NCBI GenBank assembly: GCA_902785785.1
Contig: CADAAA010000006.1
Span: forward strand, 38,867-102,866
Direction of reading: 5' to 3'
DNA length: 64,000 nucleotides
Source of the DNA: an uncultured Bacteroidia bacterium
GTDB lineage: Bacteria > Bacteroidota > Bacteroidia > Bacteroidales > UBA932
Below the pieces are notes generated by a model. The model was given only the letters and a program-made list of their open reading frames with translations. It ran no database searches and was not told the DNA's origin. Below, piece by piece: positions 29,428-39,030 of this stretch. Each line of letters starts with the position of its first letter. Positions within the stretch are counted from its first letter, which is position 1. The position numbers and the translations under genes are program-made.

Positions 29428-29514
29428 ACATGGGCTTGAGCTTGAGCCTGGGCTTGGCCCTGGCCGTTTGGAGAACAGCTGCACCAAATCATCAGGCTCC
29501 ACCCCCTATCATGT

Positions 29515-29643
29515 AAGCACAAAACCTCTCGTTTTGTGCTTTTTTTACGCTAAACAGGTCGGAATAAGCACATTTCCTCAGTATTTGTTCTTATTTCAAT
29601 GGACTTTGGCTCATTTAAGCACAAAAGAGGCAGAGCTGTGCTT
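29515..29643. repeat. Dyad array family B, upstream (3 units, 51 bp period)
   Basis: AAGCACA-N13-TGT(G/T)CTT starting at 29515, 29566 and 29617. Confidence 0.85.
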
Positions 29644-29715
29644 TGAAATTCAAAAAAGGGGGGGGGTAGCAGGCAGAAAAGTATGAATTGATAAGCCTCC
29701 TTGCCAGAAGCATGA

Positions 29716-29723
29716 TATCTTTG
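29716..29723 (+). promoter_or_regulatory. Bacteroidota -7 promoter element for the HUH gene
   Basis: TATCTTTG about 25 bp upstream of the ATG at 29748. Confidence 0.6.
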
Positions 29724-29747
29724 CCTTGGACATAACTTCAAGGAAAC

Positions 29748-30701
29748 ATGAAAAACTTTAGTTTTGAGCAAAAGGAAAAGGAACGGATCTCCTTTCATGA
29801 AGCAGAGACGGTTTGTGAATACCGTTTCTCGCAATCAGGCAAATGCTGGCATCTGTATACGCCTGAAGATTTTGAGATTATCTTTTCTGATGATGACGAC
29901 TTCCGGGCTGGCATGACCATTCTCGCACTTTGCGCACTGTCGTTTCCCGGAATCAGGATATTCACTTTCGAATGGATGAACAACCATCTCCATGTTACGC
30001 TTGCTGGTGATAGGGCGGAGATTGATTCCTTTTTCAAAATTCTGAAAGACATACTGGGAAGGTATCTTAAGAACAAGGGAAGGACGGTTTCTCTCAATTC
30101 CTGGAGCTATGGGTTACGCGCTGTCAATGACCTGAGGGATATGAGAAGCGTAATCGCCTACAACAACCGGAACGGCTTCCTCATCAACGAATCAGAAACG
30201 CCCTTTACCTATCCCTGGGGTGCTAACCGATTCTTTTTCAACAGATACGCTTTCGCGGAACATGAGCGCAGCACGGAAAGATTGAGAATCCGTGATGTCT
30301 GGAAAGAGTTCCATACGCGTGCCTTCGACAAGTTCTCCGGTCTTGTGATGCTGGACGGATATGTTTCTCCTCTGGAGTGTTGTCATGTCAGTGAAGCGGA
30401 AGGCCTGTTCCGCAACGCACATCAGTATTTCCATTCCGTCTCCAGGGATATGGATGCACAAAGACGGATATCCAAAGAGATCGGGGACAGGATCACTTAT
30501 ACGGATAATGAGATGTACAGCGCCGTAGCAGAACTATGTCGAACGACTTATAGTGTCACCGCACCGGCACTCCTGCCCAAAGAGGCTAAGGTCGAGGTCG
30601 CCAGAAAGATGCACTTCGACTATAATGCAAGTGAAAAGCAAATCGCACGGATCCTCAGGGTTGACCCCGGACTCGTTCCCTCGCTGCTGGCGCGGAAATA
30701 A
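29748..30701 (+). mobile_element. HUH/Y1 tyrosine transposase-like gene (RAYT/TnpA-REP-like) with C-terminal helical/HTH extension; cognate of family B arrays
   Basis: IFSDDDDF, MNNHLH (HUH), AYNNRN (catalytic Tyr), TYPWG; paralog of 52730-53590; visibly lower GC than neighbours. Confidence 0.85.
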
Positions 30702-30710
30702 GCCTCGGCC

Positions 30711-30892
30711 AAGCACAAAAAACGGGCTTTTGTGCTCCCACGGCTGTTTATATACTCGGAAAAAGCACATAATGTGCGGTTTCGTGCTTATTTCTCTTAA
30801 TCTGAGTCAAAATAAGAACAAAATAGGGCAATCTGTTCCTATTTTGAGGAGAAACTGCCAAAAAAAAGAACAAATCAGGCAGTTCTGTGCTT
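30711..30892. repeat. Dyad array family B, downstream (4 units, 51-52 bp period)
   Basis: AAG(C/A)ACA-N13-(T/C)GT(G/T)C(T/C)(T/C) starting at 30711, 30763, 30814 and 30866. Confidence 0.85.
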
Positions 30893-30977
30893 AAGGGATG
30901 CGGTGAGACGGCCCGGGACAAGATGTCGGGCTTCCGAGGGCCAGCGGAAGGAAGCTGGTCCAGGCAGGGAAGAGAGG

Positions 30978-31997
30978 CTAGTCCTCGTCGGGCCAGCCGG
31001 GGGAACGGAGGGGGAGCTCGACGCCGTCGGGGGTGACGAGGACCGTACCGGCTTCAGGCTGCGCCAGGTGGCCGATGATGTCGAAGGTCTGGAACTCGCG
31101 GCGGAACTTCTCCAGAGACAGGATGGGCACGGCGAAGAGCAGCCTGAAGTCGTCCCCGCCGTTCATGGCGGCGGAGAACGTGTCGATGCCTATCTCCTTG
31201 CCGAGCTGGAAGGAATTGCCTTCGAAGGGAATCTTGTCGGCGTAGACCTTGGCGCCGAGGCCGGTGTCGCGGGAGAGCCGCTTGACGGCGTCCGCGAGGC
31301 CGCGGGTAACGAAGTACCCGGCCGAGGGGACGATCTCCGCGGCCTCGAGCTGCGCGACCGTGGCGGCGCCTAGCTCGGGCTTGAGGTACGCCGCGACGAG
31401 CATGCGATACTGCGAGAGCGCTTTCTCGCGCTCGGCGTGGTCGGCCTCGCCGGCGTCGAAGCGCCGGCGTTCGCGCTCCAGCGCCTGCATTCCGAGGAAT
31501 GCTGCGCCGAGCGACCCGCTCACGCAGAGCAGGTCCTTGGACTTGGGCGCGGGGCGCCGCCTGGCTGTGAGCAGCGCGGTCTCGCCAACGGCGGACACGC
31601 TGATGCACAGCCCGTTGCGCGACGGCGCCAGGTCGAGGTCGACCTGTTTGTAGCCGTGCTCCTTGGCCGCCGCGACGATGCCTTCCCAGAGCTCGCGCAC
31701 CTGCGCGAAATCCAGCTTGGCGGAAACGCCCAGCCGGACGCTGAGCGCCGCAGGGTGCGCCATCTGCGCATACAGTTCACCCGTCACGCCGACGACGCTC
31801 TTGTATCCGAGATGCTTCAAAGGGAAATACACGAGGTCGAAGTCAATGCCTTCAAGCATCACTTTCGACGCATACGCGATGTATTCGCGCCCGGTAGCCT
31901 CGAAGCTGTTGTGTCCGAATGCCTCGAACGGGGTTCCTTCGTAAAGCGCCTTGACGGCCTCTACCCGGCCAAGGTCCGAAAAGTCCTTTCCTGCCAT
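30978..31997 (-). CDS. ThiL-like (thiamine-monophosphate kinase fold) protein, probably catalytically degenerate
   Basis: LEGIDFDLVYFPLKHLGYKS, DLLCVSGSLGAA, NGGDDFRLLF match ThiL, but the GDD, TD and DxSD motifs are substituted. Confidence 0.75.
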   Translation of the reverse strand: MAGKDFSDLGRVEAVKALYEGTPFEAFGHNSFEATGREYIAYASKVMLEGIDFDLVYFPLKHLGYKSVVGVTGELYAQMAHPAALSVRLGVSAKLDFAQVRELWEGIVAAAKEHGYKQVDLDLAPSRNGLCISVSAVGETALLTARRRPAPKSKDLLCVSGSLGAAFLGMQALERERRRFDAGEADHAEREKALSQYRMLVAAYLKPELGAATVAQLEAAEIVPSAGYFVTRGLADAVKRLSRDTGLGAKVYADKIPFEGNSFQLGKEIGIDTFSAAMNGGDDFRLLFAVPILSLEKFRREFQTFDIIGHLAQPEAGTVLVTPDGVELPLRSPGWPDED

Positions 31998-32062
31998 AAC
32001 TATCGATCGTTTGCTTCCTGCAAAATTAGGTTTTTTCTGTATATTTGTCAAAACCACCCTTT

Positions 32063-34033
32063 ATGAAAAACCTGTTGACCCTCACTCTGGCCCTCTTCAT
32101 GGGCCTCGCCGCCGGACATGCCGAAGAGTATCATGTCGCCAAGGGCGGCTCGGACCTCAATCCCGGCACCAAGGACGCCCCCTTCCTCACTATCTCCAAG
32201 GCAGCGGCCGTTGCGCGCGCCGGAGACATCGTCACCGTACACGCCGGCACATACCGCGAGTGGGTCAACCCCCGCAATTCCGGATCGGACAAATACGCCC
32301 GTATCACTTACCAGGCCGCCGAAGGGGAAGAGGTCTGGATCAAGGGATCCGATCAGATAACCAACTGGACTCGCGAAAAAAAATCCGATGTCTGGAAAGT
32401 CGTCCTCCCCAACAGCTATTTCGGCGATTTCAATCCCTACAAGGAGATCCTTGCCGGAGACTGGGTATACTACACCCAGCCTTACGTCTGCCTCGGCGAG
32501 GTCTACCTCAACGGAAAAGCACTGTGGCAGATCGGCACCCGGGAAGGAGTTAATGATACTTCCGAACACCTCTGCTGGTATGTGGAAGTGGATGACAACC
32601 AGACCGTCATCTACGCCAATTTCGGCGGAGCCGACCCCAACAAGGAGCTGGCCGAGATCAACGTGCGTCCTGCGGTCTTCTACCCCAAGCTCTCCGGAGT
32701 CAACTTCATCACCGTCAGGGGATTCCACCTGTCCCAGGCCGCCACTCAGTGGGCTCCTCCCACAGCCTATCAGGAAGGCTTGATAGGCCCCCACTGGAGC
32801 AAGGGTTGGGTCATCGAGGACAATGAGATCAGCCACTCCAAGTGCGTCGGCGTCAGCCTCGGCAAGGACCGCGCCTCCGGCCATAACCGCTGGACTACCG
32901 AGCGCGAGCTCATCGGCTTCAACCGCGAGCTCGAGTCCATCTTCAAAGCTTACAACATGGGCTGGAACAAGGAGAATATCGGCTCGCACGTCATCCGCCG
33001 CAACGAGATCCGCGACTGCGGCCAGGCCGGAGTCGTCGGACACCTCGGCGGCGTCTTCTCCACCATTGAGGACAACTATATCCACGACATCAACTACAAC
33101 GTCCAGTTCGGCGGCGCCGAAGTGGGCTGCATCAAGCTCCACGCCGCCATCGACGTCCTTGTCAAGGACAACGTCCTCGACAACGGCGTCCGCGGCATGT
33201 GGCTCGACTGGCAGGCCATAGGCACACGCGTGACCGGCAACACCTTTGCGCACAACACCACCTGCGACCTGATGATAGAAGTCAGCCACGGCCCCTGCCT
33301 GGTGGACAACAACATCATGCTCTCCCCTGTCGCCTTCCTCGACATGGCCCAGGGAACGGCCTTCGTCCACAACATCATCTGCGGCGAAGTGACCTTCAGG
33401 CCGGTGCCGAACCGCTATACCCCCTATCATGCCCCGCACTCCACGGATGTCGTGGGCGTGATGAATTTCCCCGGAGGGGACGACCGCTTCTACAACAACG
33501 TGTTCTACGGCGCAAAAGCGGGCCTGAGCGTCTACGACGAGCGCCCGCCCTACTACCCCGGCATCTTCCGTGACATGAACACCGTCACCGTCCGTGACGA
33601 GATGCCCGAGCCCTTCGCAGAGAGGCTGCGCAAAGGCTCGGTCCCGGCCGGCAGCAACCAGGGCGACAACTTCTGGCTGCCGATGCACGTGGCCGGCAAT
33701 GTCTATTACAACGGTGTACCGGGCTACAAGTTCGAGAAAGGCGCAGCCACGGGAGGCAATGTTCCCATGCCGGAAATGGAATACCGCGAGAACGGTATCT
33801 TCCTGAAATTCACCCTCGATGGAGCATGGAACAGCGCTTCCACCAGACCGGTGGATACTGAGATGCTTGAGAAGGCTTACTATACTGACAGTTATTACGA
33901 GAACCGCGACGAGACTCCGCTGCGCATCGACCACGACTTCGCCGGCGCGCTCCGCAATTTCGCGGCCCCGAAGCCCGGCCCGTTCGAGAACGCTTCCGTC
34001 GGGCAGAATGAAATAATGATTTGGAAATTCTAA
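32063..34033 (+). CDS. Glycoside hydrolase family 120 beta-xylosidase-like protein (secreted, beta-helix)
   Basis: EYHVAK.GSD, YREWV.P, AATQWAPPTA.Q.GLIGP.WSKGW, GHLGGVFS, IKLHAAIDV, WLDW, EVSHGP, GGDDRFYNN match XylC-type GH120. Confidence 0.88.
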   Translation: MKNLLTLTLALFMGLAAGHAEEYHVAKGGSDLNPGTKDAPFLTISKAAAVARAGDIVTVHAGTYREWVNPRNSGSDKYARITYQAAEGEEVWIKGSDQITNWTREKKSDVWKVVLPNSYFGDFNPYKEILAGDWVYYTQPYVCLGEVYLNGKALWQIGTREGVNDTSEHLCWYVEVDDNQTVIYANFGGADPNKELAEINVRPAVFYPKLSGVNFITVRGFHLSQAATQWAPPTAYQEGLIGPHWSKGWVIEDNEISHSKCVGVSLGKDRASGHNRWTTERELIGFNRELESIFKAYNMGWNKENIGSHVIRRNEIRDCGQAGVVGHLGGVFSTIEDNYIHDINYNVQFGGAEVGCIKLHAAIDVLVKDNVLDNGVRGMWLDWQAIGTRVTGNTFAHNTTCDLMIEVSHGPCLVDNNIMLSPVAFLDMAQGTAFVHNIICGEVTFRPVPNRYTPYHAPHSTDVVGVMNFPGGDDRFYNNVFYGAKAGLSVYDERPPYYPGIFRDMNTVTVRDEMPEPFAERLRKGSVPAGSNQGDNFWLPMHVAGNVYYNGVPGYKFEKGAATGGNVPMPEMEYRENGIFLKFTLDGAWNSASTRPVDTEMLEKAYYTDSYYENRDETPLRIDHDFAGALRNFAAPKPGPFENASVGQNEIMIWKF

Positions 34034-35097
34034 TGAAGAAAAAGAGATTCCGGGCAGGAAAGATACTCCTGCTCTTAGGACTGGTAATACTCGCATGCGC
34101 ATGGAGCGCCTTCGGACCGATGGTAAAAGGCGCGCTTTCCGTAAAGGAACTGGACAAGGGGCTCTACTACATGGAGTTCAAGGGTGACGACGGCTTCGAC
34201 GGATTCGTCGAATCCGGAGGGGCATGCAGCCCGCAGGAGATGGGCAGCTACATCTTCCGCTTCCTGTCCAGGGGCTTCGCCAAGGGCCCGGAGACCGGGG
34301 AGGCAGCCGGCGCCTACGGCTGCGCCGCCTTCACCGTCCGGGACGCGGAAGACCACTTCATGATGGGCAGGAACTTCGACTTCTCCGAATCGACGGCGAT
34401 GATCCTCCACAGCCGGCCGAAGAACGGGTACGAATCCATAGCCACATTCAACCTCCGTTTCCTCGGCTTCGGAGAGGACTGGAAGCCGGATTCTTTCGCC
34501 AACAAATACATGGCTCTCAGCTGCTTGTTCGTCTCGCTGGACGGCATGAACGAGAAGGGACTGGCCATCGCAGACCTGATGGCGGGAGACGATACCGAGA
34601 CACATCAGGACCGTGGCCTTCCTGACATGACCACCACCTCTGCACTCCGTTACGTCCTCAACCGCGCAGCCACGGTCGATGAAGCGATACGTATCCTGAA
34701 CAGTATCGACATGCACTCGGATATCGGTACCGCCCACCATTATGCCATCTCCGACGCCTCGGGGCGCTCGGTCGTGGCGGAGTACATCGACGGCGAACTG
34801 GTCGTAACCGACACTCCGATAGTCACGAACCATTACCTCGCACCAGTATGGTTCGGCAAGGGACAGATACCCGGGGACAACCGCTACGATATCCTGGAGG
34901 ACGAATATGTGGAGTATCTCGGAATCTTCGACAACGACAGCCTAAAAGAATCCATGGCGTCTGTCAGCCAGACGCCTTCCGGCAGTTTCGGCGGCACACA
35001 GTGGACCGTCCTATGGGACCTGGACCGCCTCACGGCCACCTACTACCTGCGCCGCAACTTCGACAAGGCGTACGAATTCAAGCTTGGGAAAAAGTAA
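34033..35097 (+). CDS. Linear amide C-N hydrolase (Ntn hydrolase; C45/choloylglycine-hydrolase-like) with propeptide
   Basis: GCAAFTV (Cys nucleophile), GRNFDF, LDGMNEKGLAI, HYAISDASGRSVV.E, TNHY. Confidence 0.85.
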   Translation: MKKKRFRAGKILLLLGLVILACAWSAFGPMVKGALSVKELDKGLYYMEFKGDDGFDGFVESGGACSPQEMGSYIFRFLSRGFAKGPETGEAAGAYGCAAFTVRDAEDHFMMGRNFDFSESTAMILHSRPKNGYESIATFNLRFLGFGEDWKPDSFANKYMALSCLFVSLDGMNEKGLAIADLMAGDDTETHQDRGLPDMTTTSALRYVLNRAATVDEAIRILNSIDMHSDIGTAHHYAISDASGRSVVAEYIDGELVVTDTPIVTNHYLAPVWFGKGQIPGDNRYDILEDEYVEYLGIFDNDSLKESMASVSQTPSGSFGGTQWTVLWDLDRLTATYYLRRNFDKAYEFKLGKK

Positions 35098-35103
35098 CGG
35101 AAA

Positions 35104-35126
35104 AACCTGCGGAACCCCCGCAGGTT
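35104..35126. terminator. Bidirectional terminator between convergent genes
   Basis: AACCTGCGG/CCGCAGGTT stem flanked by A and T runs. Confidence 0.7.
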
Positions 35127-35129
35127 ATT

Positions 35130-38100
35130 CTATTTCCGGTTGACGGTGTAGGAGATGCCGAGGTCGCGCAGACCGTATATGAGGTCGTTGGTGACGGCGA
35201 CCTGGAATTTGCGGGACTTGAACTCGACGTTGTACCTGGTCTTGGGATCGTACAGGTACATGCCCAGATCGGTCTTGCCCTTGTTGGCCTTCAGGAGCTT
35301 CACGAGGTCCCTGCGAAGGGATTCGTTGAGCTGGTCGGTCGTAAGGTTGATGGCGAAGGTCTTGAGCATGGACTCCGTGACATTGCCCAACATGCTGACT
35401 TTCTTGACCTTGAAGCCGTAAGGGGCGGTCTTGCCCTGGGCTTTCTCCTCTGGCTTGAGATAATACTTTTCCTTGATGTCGCCCTCGACGAAGACCTCAG
35501 AATGGAGGCCAAGCAGGGGCAGCCAGGCTTCGCAGTCCTTGCCGAAGACGGCCAGCTCGTACGAGCCGCCGAAGTCTTCGATGGTGGCGCGGAGCGACGG
35601 CGAGCCGTTGCGCGTGACGCTCCTCTTGACGTCCGTGACGATGCCCGCGAAACTGACGGTGGCGTTCTTGTGTCCCTGCTCACACTCCTCTACCTTGGCC
35701 TGGACGTCGCCTACGCTGCAGGTCGTGAAATTCTCGATCTCGAAGGCGTAGCGGTCCAGCGGATGCGCTGAGATGTACATGGTCACAAGCTCCTTCTCCT
35801 GCTGGAGCAGGGCAAGGACGTCCTCCTCCGCGGGAGGGGCGGGCATGGCCGGACGCTTGGGCTTCATCTCCTCGGCGTCTCCGAAGAGCGAGAATGCGCT
35901 GTCGACCGAGTCGTTGCGGTAGTTGTCGGCATAGCGTGCGAGCTCGTCGATGAAGAGGTCGCCGCTCGCTCCCGGCAGGAAGAACTGCGTGCGCTTGCAT
36001 CCGAAGGAGTCGAAGGCGCCCGCATACACGAGCGACTCGAGCGAGCGGCGGTTCACCACGCCGCCCATGCGCTCCATGAAGTCGTACACATCCTCGAAGA
36101 GGCCGTTCTCCTCACGCTCCTTGATGATCATGTCCACGATATTGGAGCCGAAGCCCTTGATGCCGCCCAGGCCGAAACGGATGGCTCCGGCCTTGTTGAC
36201 GGTGAAGTGCGCGGAACTCTCGTTGACATCGGGATTCAGCACCTGAAGTTTGTGGGCCTTGCAGTCCGCCATGATCTTCTTGATCTCATCGCCCTTGGAT
36301 AGGTTACAGGAAAGGTTGGCGGCCTGGAACTCGGCGGGATAGTGGCACTTGAGCCAGCCGGTCTGGTAGCTCACCCAGGCGTAACAGGTAGCGTGGGACT
36401 TGTTGAAGGCGTACTGGGCGAACTTCTCCCAGTCCTTCCATATCTTGTCGAGGGTCTTCTCGGGATGGCCGTTGGCGACACCCTGCTTCATGAACTTGTC
36501 CTTGAGCTCCATCATCACGGCTATCTGCTTCTTGCCCATGGCCTTGCGAAGCTTGTCAGCCTCACCCTTGGTGAAGGAAGCGAGCTTGCGGGAGAGAAGC
36601 ATCACCTGCTCCTGGTACACCGTCACGCCGTATGTCTCGGCGAGGTACTCCTCCATCTCCGGGAGATCGTACTCGATGGGCTTGAGACCGAGCTTGCGGT
36701 CGACGAAGTTGGGGATATAGTCCATAGGCCCCGGACGATAGAGGGCGTTCATAGCGATGAGGTCCTCGAAACGCTCGGGATGGAGGCGCTGGAGCCAGGT
36801 CTTCATGCCCTCCGATTCGAACTGGAACACGCTCATGGTGTCACCGCGGCCGTAGAGCTCATAAGTGGGCTTGTCGTCTATGGGGATGGCCTCGATGTCT
36901 ATGTCGATGCCGTGGCGCTGCTTGATGTTGTCCAGGCAGGTATGGATGATGGAAAGGGTATTCAGCCCGAGGAAATCCATCTTGAGCATGCCGACATCCT
37001 CGATGTAATGCCCGTCATACTGCGAGGTCCAGACGTCCAGACCCGTCTCCTTGTCCTTGGAAAGGCAGATGGGGATGTAGTCGGTGAGATTGGCGGGACC
37101 GATGATAGTGGCGCAGGCGTGCTGGCCGGTCTGGCGGATGCAACCCTCCATCTGACGGGCGAACCTGAGCACCTCGCGGTTGATCTCGGGACCGTTCTCT
37201 AGCTCGTTGCGGAACTCCGGAACAAGGCGGAAGCAATTGTCGAGGTTGATCTTGACATCGACCTCCTCCATACCCTTCTGGAAGGTGCGCATTTCCTTTT
37301 TCTTCTCGCCCGGATGATCGGGGTCATCCACCTCGACCTCCTTCTCGAACCTCTTGAAGCCCGGCTTCAGCTCGTCGAACTTGGGGTTGAAAGGATACTC
37401 TTTCTCCACCCTCTCGCTCAGACGGTCGGGGACCATCTTGGCGAGACGGTTGGACTCGTCGATGGAGACGTTGCTGATGCGGGCGATGTCCTTGATGGCG
37501 CTCTTGGCGGCCATCGTACCGAAAGTGATCACGCGCGACACGTGGTCGGCTCCGTAGGTCTTCTCGACGTACTCGTGGGCCTTGGTAAGGTCCTCGAAAT
37601 CCACGTCGATATCAGGCATGGAGATACGGTCGGGATTGAGGAAACGCTCGAACAGGAGGTTGTACTTGATCGGGTCGAGATTGGTGATCTTCAGGCAATA
37701 GGCGACGACGGAACCCGCCGCGGAGCCGCGCCCGGGTCCCACGAGGGACCCCATCGCGCGCGACGCGGCGATATAGTCCTGCACTATCAGGAAGTAGTCC
37801 GGGAAGCCCATGCGGCAGATGGTCTTGAGCTCGAAGTCGAGACGCTCGGACTGCTCGTCCGTGAGCGTCTCGCCGTAGCGCTCGTGCGCACCCTTGTAGC
37901 AAAGGTGGCATAGGTAAGCCACGGACGCACAGAAATCAGCGCCGCGGTCCCGGCCCTTCTTGTCACAGCGACCGGCGTCGATGACGTCCTTGTATTTCTC
38001 TAGATAATGGTCCAGGTCGGCCAGGAAGGAAGGCTCGATCTTGAACTTCGGCAACACGTGGTCGCGGTCTATGGAGTACACCTCGACCTTGCCTGCGACC

Positions 38101-38945
38101 TCCAGCGTGTTGGCCAGCACTTCGGGATGGTCCGGGAATAGCGCGGCCATCTCCTCCTCGCTCTTGAGATACTCCTGCTGCGTGTAGTGCAGGCGGTTGG
38201 GATCGTCGACCAGAGCATTGGTGGTCAGGCAGATGAGCCTGTCGTGCGCAGGGCCGTCCTCCTTGTTGACAAAGTGGGCATCGTTCGTGGCTACGACCTT
38301 GATGCCGTACTTCTCCGAAAGGCGGAAGATGCCTTCGTTGGCGACCAGCTGGTGCTCGTAGACGTCAAGGGCCAGACCCGGCACCTCGGTCTTGTGCAAC
38401 TGGACCTCCAGGTAATAGTCGTCCCCGAAAACGGACTTGTGCCACTCCACGGCCTTGCACGCCCCGTCCCAGTCGCCGGCGACCAGCGCGCGGGGAATCT
38501 CTCCCGCCAGGCAGGCCGAGCAGCAGATGAGCCCGTCGTGATACTTCTCGATGATCTCGTGGGTCACGCGGGGCTTGTCATAGTACTTGCCCTCGATATG
38601 GCCGATGGAGACGATCTTCATGAGATTGCGGTAGCCGGTGGGATTCTTGGCCAGAAGGATCAGGTGATAGTAAGCCCTGTGGGCGGAATCCTTGAGCTTG
38701 TGGTCGTAATGCCTCGTGACATAAACCTCGCAGCCCACGATGGGCTTGACCTTGTAATTGCCGTCCGCATCCTTATGCTTTCCGGCCATCTTGAAGAACT
38801 CCTTGACCCCGTACATGTTGCCGTGGTCCGTGATGGCGAGAGCGGGCATTCCGAGCTCGGCCGCACGCTTGAAAAGCTTCCCCATATCGGAGAATCCGTC
38901 AAGGATGGAGTACTGTGTGTGGACGTGAAGATGGACGAAAGGCAT
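35130..38945 (-). CDS. dnaE: DNA polymerase III alpha subunit
   Basis: FVHLHVHTQYS PHP domain, GRGSAAGS, MPDIDVDF, KMDFLGL, YAFNKSH. Confidence 0.97.
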   Translation of the reverse strand: MPFVHLHVHTQYSILDGFSDMGKLFKRAAELGMPALAITDHGNMYGVKEFFKMAGKHKDADGNYKVKPIVGCEVYVTRHYDHKLKDSAHRAYYHLILLAKNPTGYRNLMKIVSIGHIEGKYYDKPRVTHEIIEKYHDGLICCSACLAGEIPRALVAGDWDGACKAVEWHKSVFGDDYYLEVQLHKTEVPGLALDVYEHQLVANEGIFRLSEKYGIKVVATNDAHFVNKEDGPAHDRLICLTTNALVDDPNRLHYTQQEYLKSEEEMAALFPDHPEVLANTLEVAGKVEVYSIDRDHVLPKFKIEPSFLADLDHYLEKYKDVIDAGRCDKKGRDRGADFCASVAYLCHLCYKGAHERYGETLTDEQSERLDFELKTICRMGFPDYFLIVQDYIAASRAMGSLVGPGRGSAAGSVVAYCLKITNLDPIKYNLLFERFLNPDRISMPDIDVDFEDLTKAHEYVEKTYGADHVSRVITFGTMAAKSAIKDIARISNVSIDESNRLAKMVPDRLSERVEKEYPFNPKFDELKPGFKRFEKEVEVDDPDHPGEKKKEMRTFQKGMEEVDVKINLDNCFRLVPEFRNELENGPEINREVLRFARQMEGCIRQTGQHACATIIGPANLTDYIPICLSKDKETGLDVWTSQYDGHYIEDVGMLKMDFLGLNTLSIIHTCLDNIKQRHGIDIDIEAIPIDDKPTYELYGRGDTMSVFQFESEGMKTWLQRLHPERFEDLIAMNALYRPGPMDYIPNFVDRKLGLKPIEYDLPEMEEYLAETYGVTVYQEQVMLLSRKLASFTKGEADKLRKAMGKKQIAVMMELKDKFMKQGVANGHPEKTLDKIWKDWEKFAQYAFNKSHATCYAWVSYQTGWLKCHYPAEFQAANLSCNLSKGDEIKKIMADCKAHKLQVLNPDVNESSAHFTVNKAGAIRFGLGGIKGFGSNIVDMIIKEREENGLFEDVYDFMERMGGVVNRRSLESLVYAGAFDSFGCKRTQFFLPGASGDLFIDELARYADNYRNDSVDSAFSLFGDAEEMKPKRPAMPAPPAEEDVLALLQQEKELVTMYISAHPLDRYAFEIENFTTCSVGDVQAKVEECEQGHKNATVSFAGIVTDVKRSVTRNGSPSLRATIEDFGGSYELAVFGKDCEAWLPLLGLHSEVFVEGDIKEKYYLKPEEKAQGKTAPYGFKVKKVSMLGNVTESMLKTFAINLTTDQLNESLRRDLVKLLKANKGKTDLGMYLYDPKTRYNVEFKSRKFQVAVTNDLIYGLRDLGISYTVNRK

Positions 38946-38970
38946 AGGTGGAAGTTTGAGAAACAAAGAT

Positions 38971-39004
38971 AAAAAAACAGCCGGCCTTTTGAAAGGGCCG
39001 GCTG
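38971..39004 (-). terminator. Intrinsic terminator of secDF
   Basis: CAGCCGGCC/GGCCGGCTG stem followed by T7 on the minus strand. Confidence 0.8.
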
Positions 39005-39030
39005 CATTTTGTTGATATCTTTTCCGAAGA

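Noticed and set aside
29432-29466. Degenerate hexamer run (GCTTGA GCTTGA GCCTGG GCTTGG CCCTGG)
   Set aside because: Short, imperfect and single-copy; no function can be supported.
29652-29666. A6G9 homopolymer as a phase-variation switch for the HUH gene
   Set aside because: It lies upstream of the -33/-7 spacer and outside the ORF, so slippage has no obvious effect.
29515-30892. Family A/B periodic arrays as mini-CRISPR arrays
   Set aside because: Only 2-4 units each, the variable part lies inside a palindrome, family A linkers are conserved rather than unique, there are no cas genes in the window, and the flanked gene is a Y1 HUH protein.
32048-34102. 684 aa antisense ORF opposite GH120
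   Set aside because: Shadow ORF caused by strong GC3 codon bias; no recognisable motifs.
528-35097. Bile-acid system (BASS transporter plus choloylglycine hydrolase)
   Set aside because: The genes are 33 kb apart, the Ntn hydrolase has a propeptide unlike true BSH, and BASS substrates are diverse.
37255-37420. Intein in DnaE
   Set aside because: Too short and lacks the N-terminal Cys/Ser and C-terminal His-Asn splice motifs.
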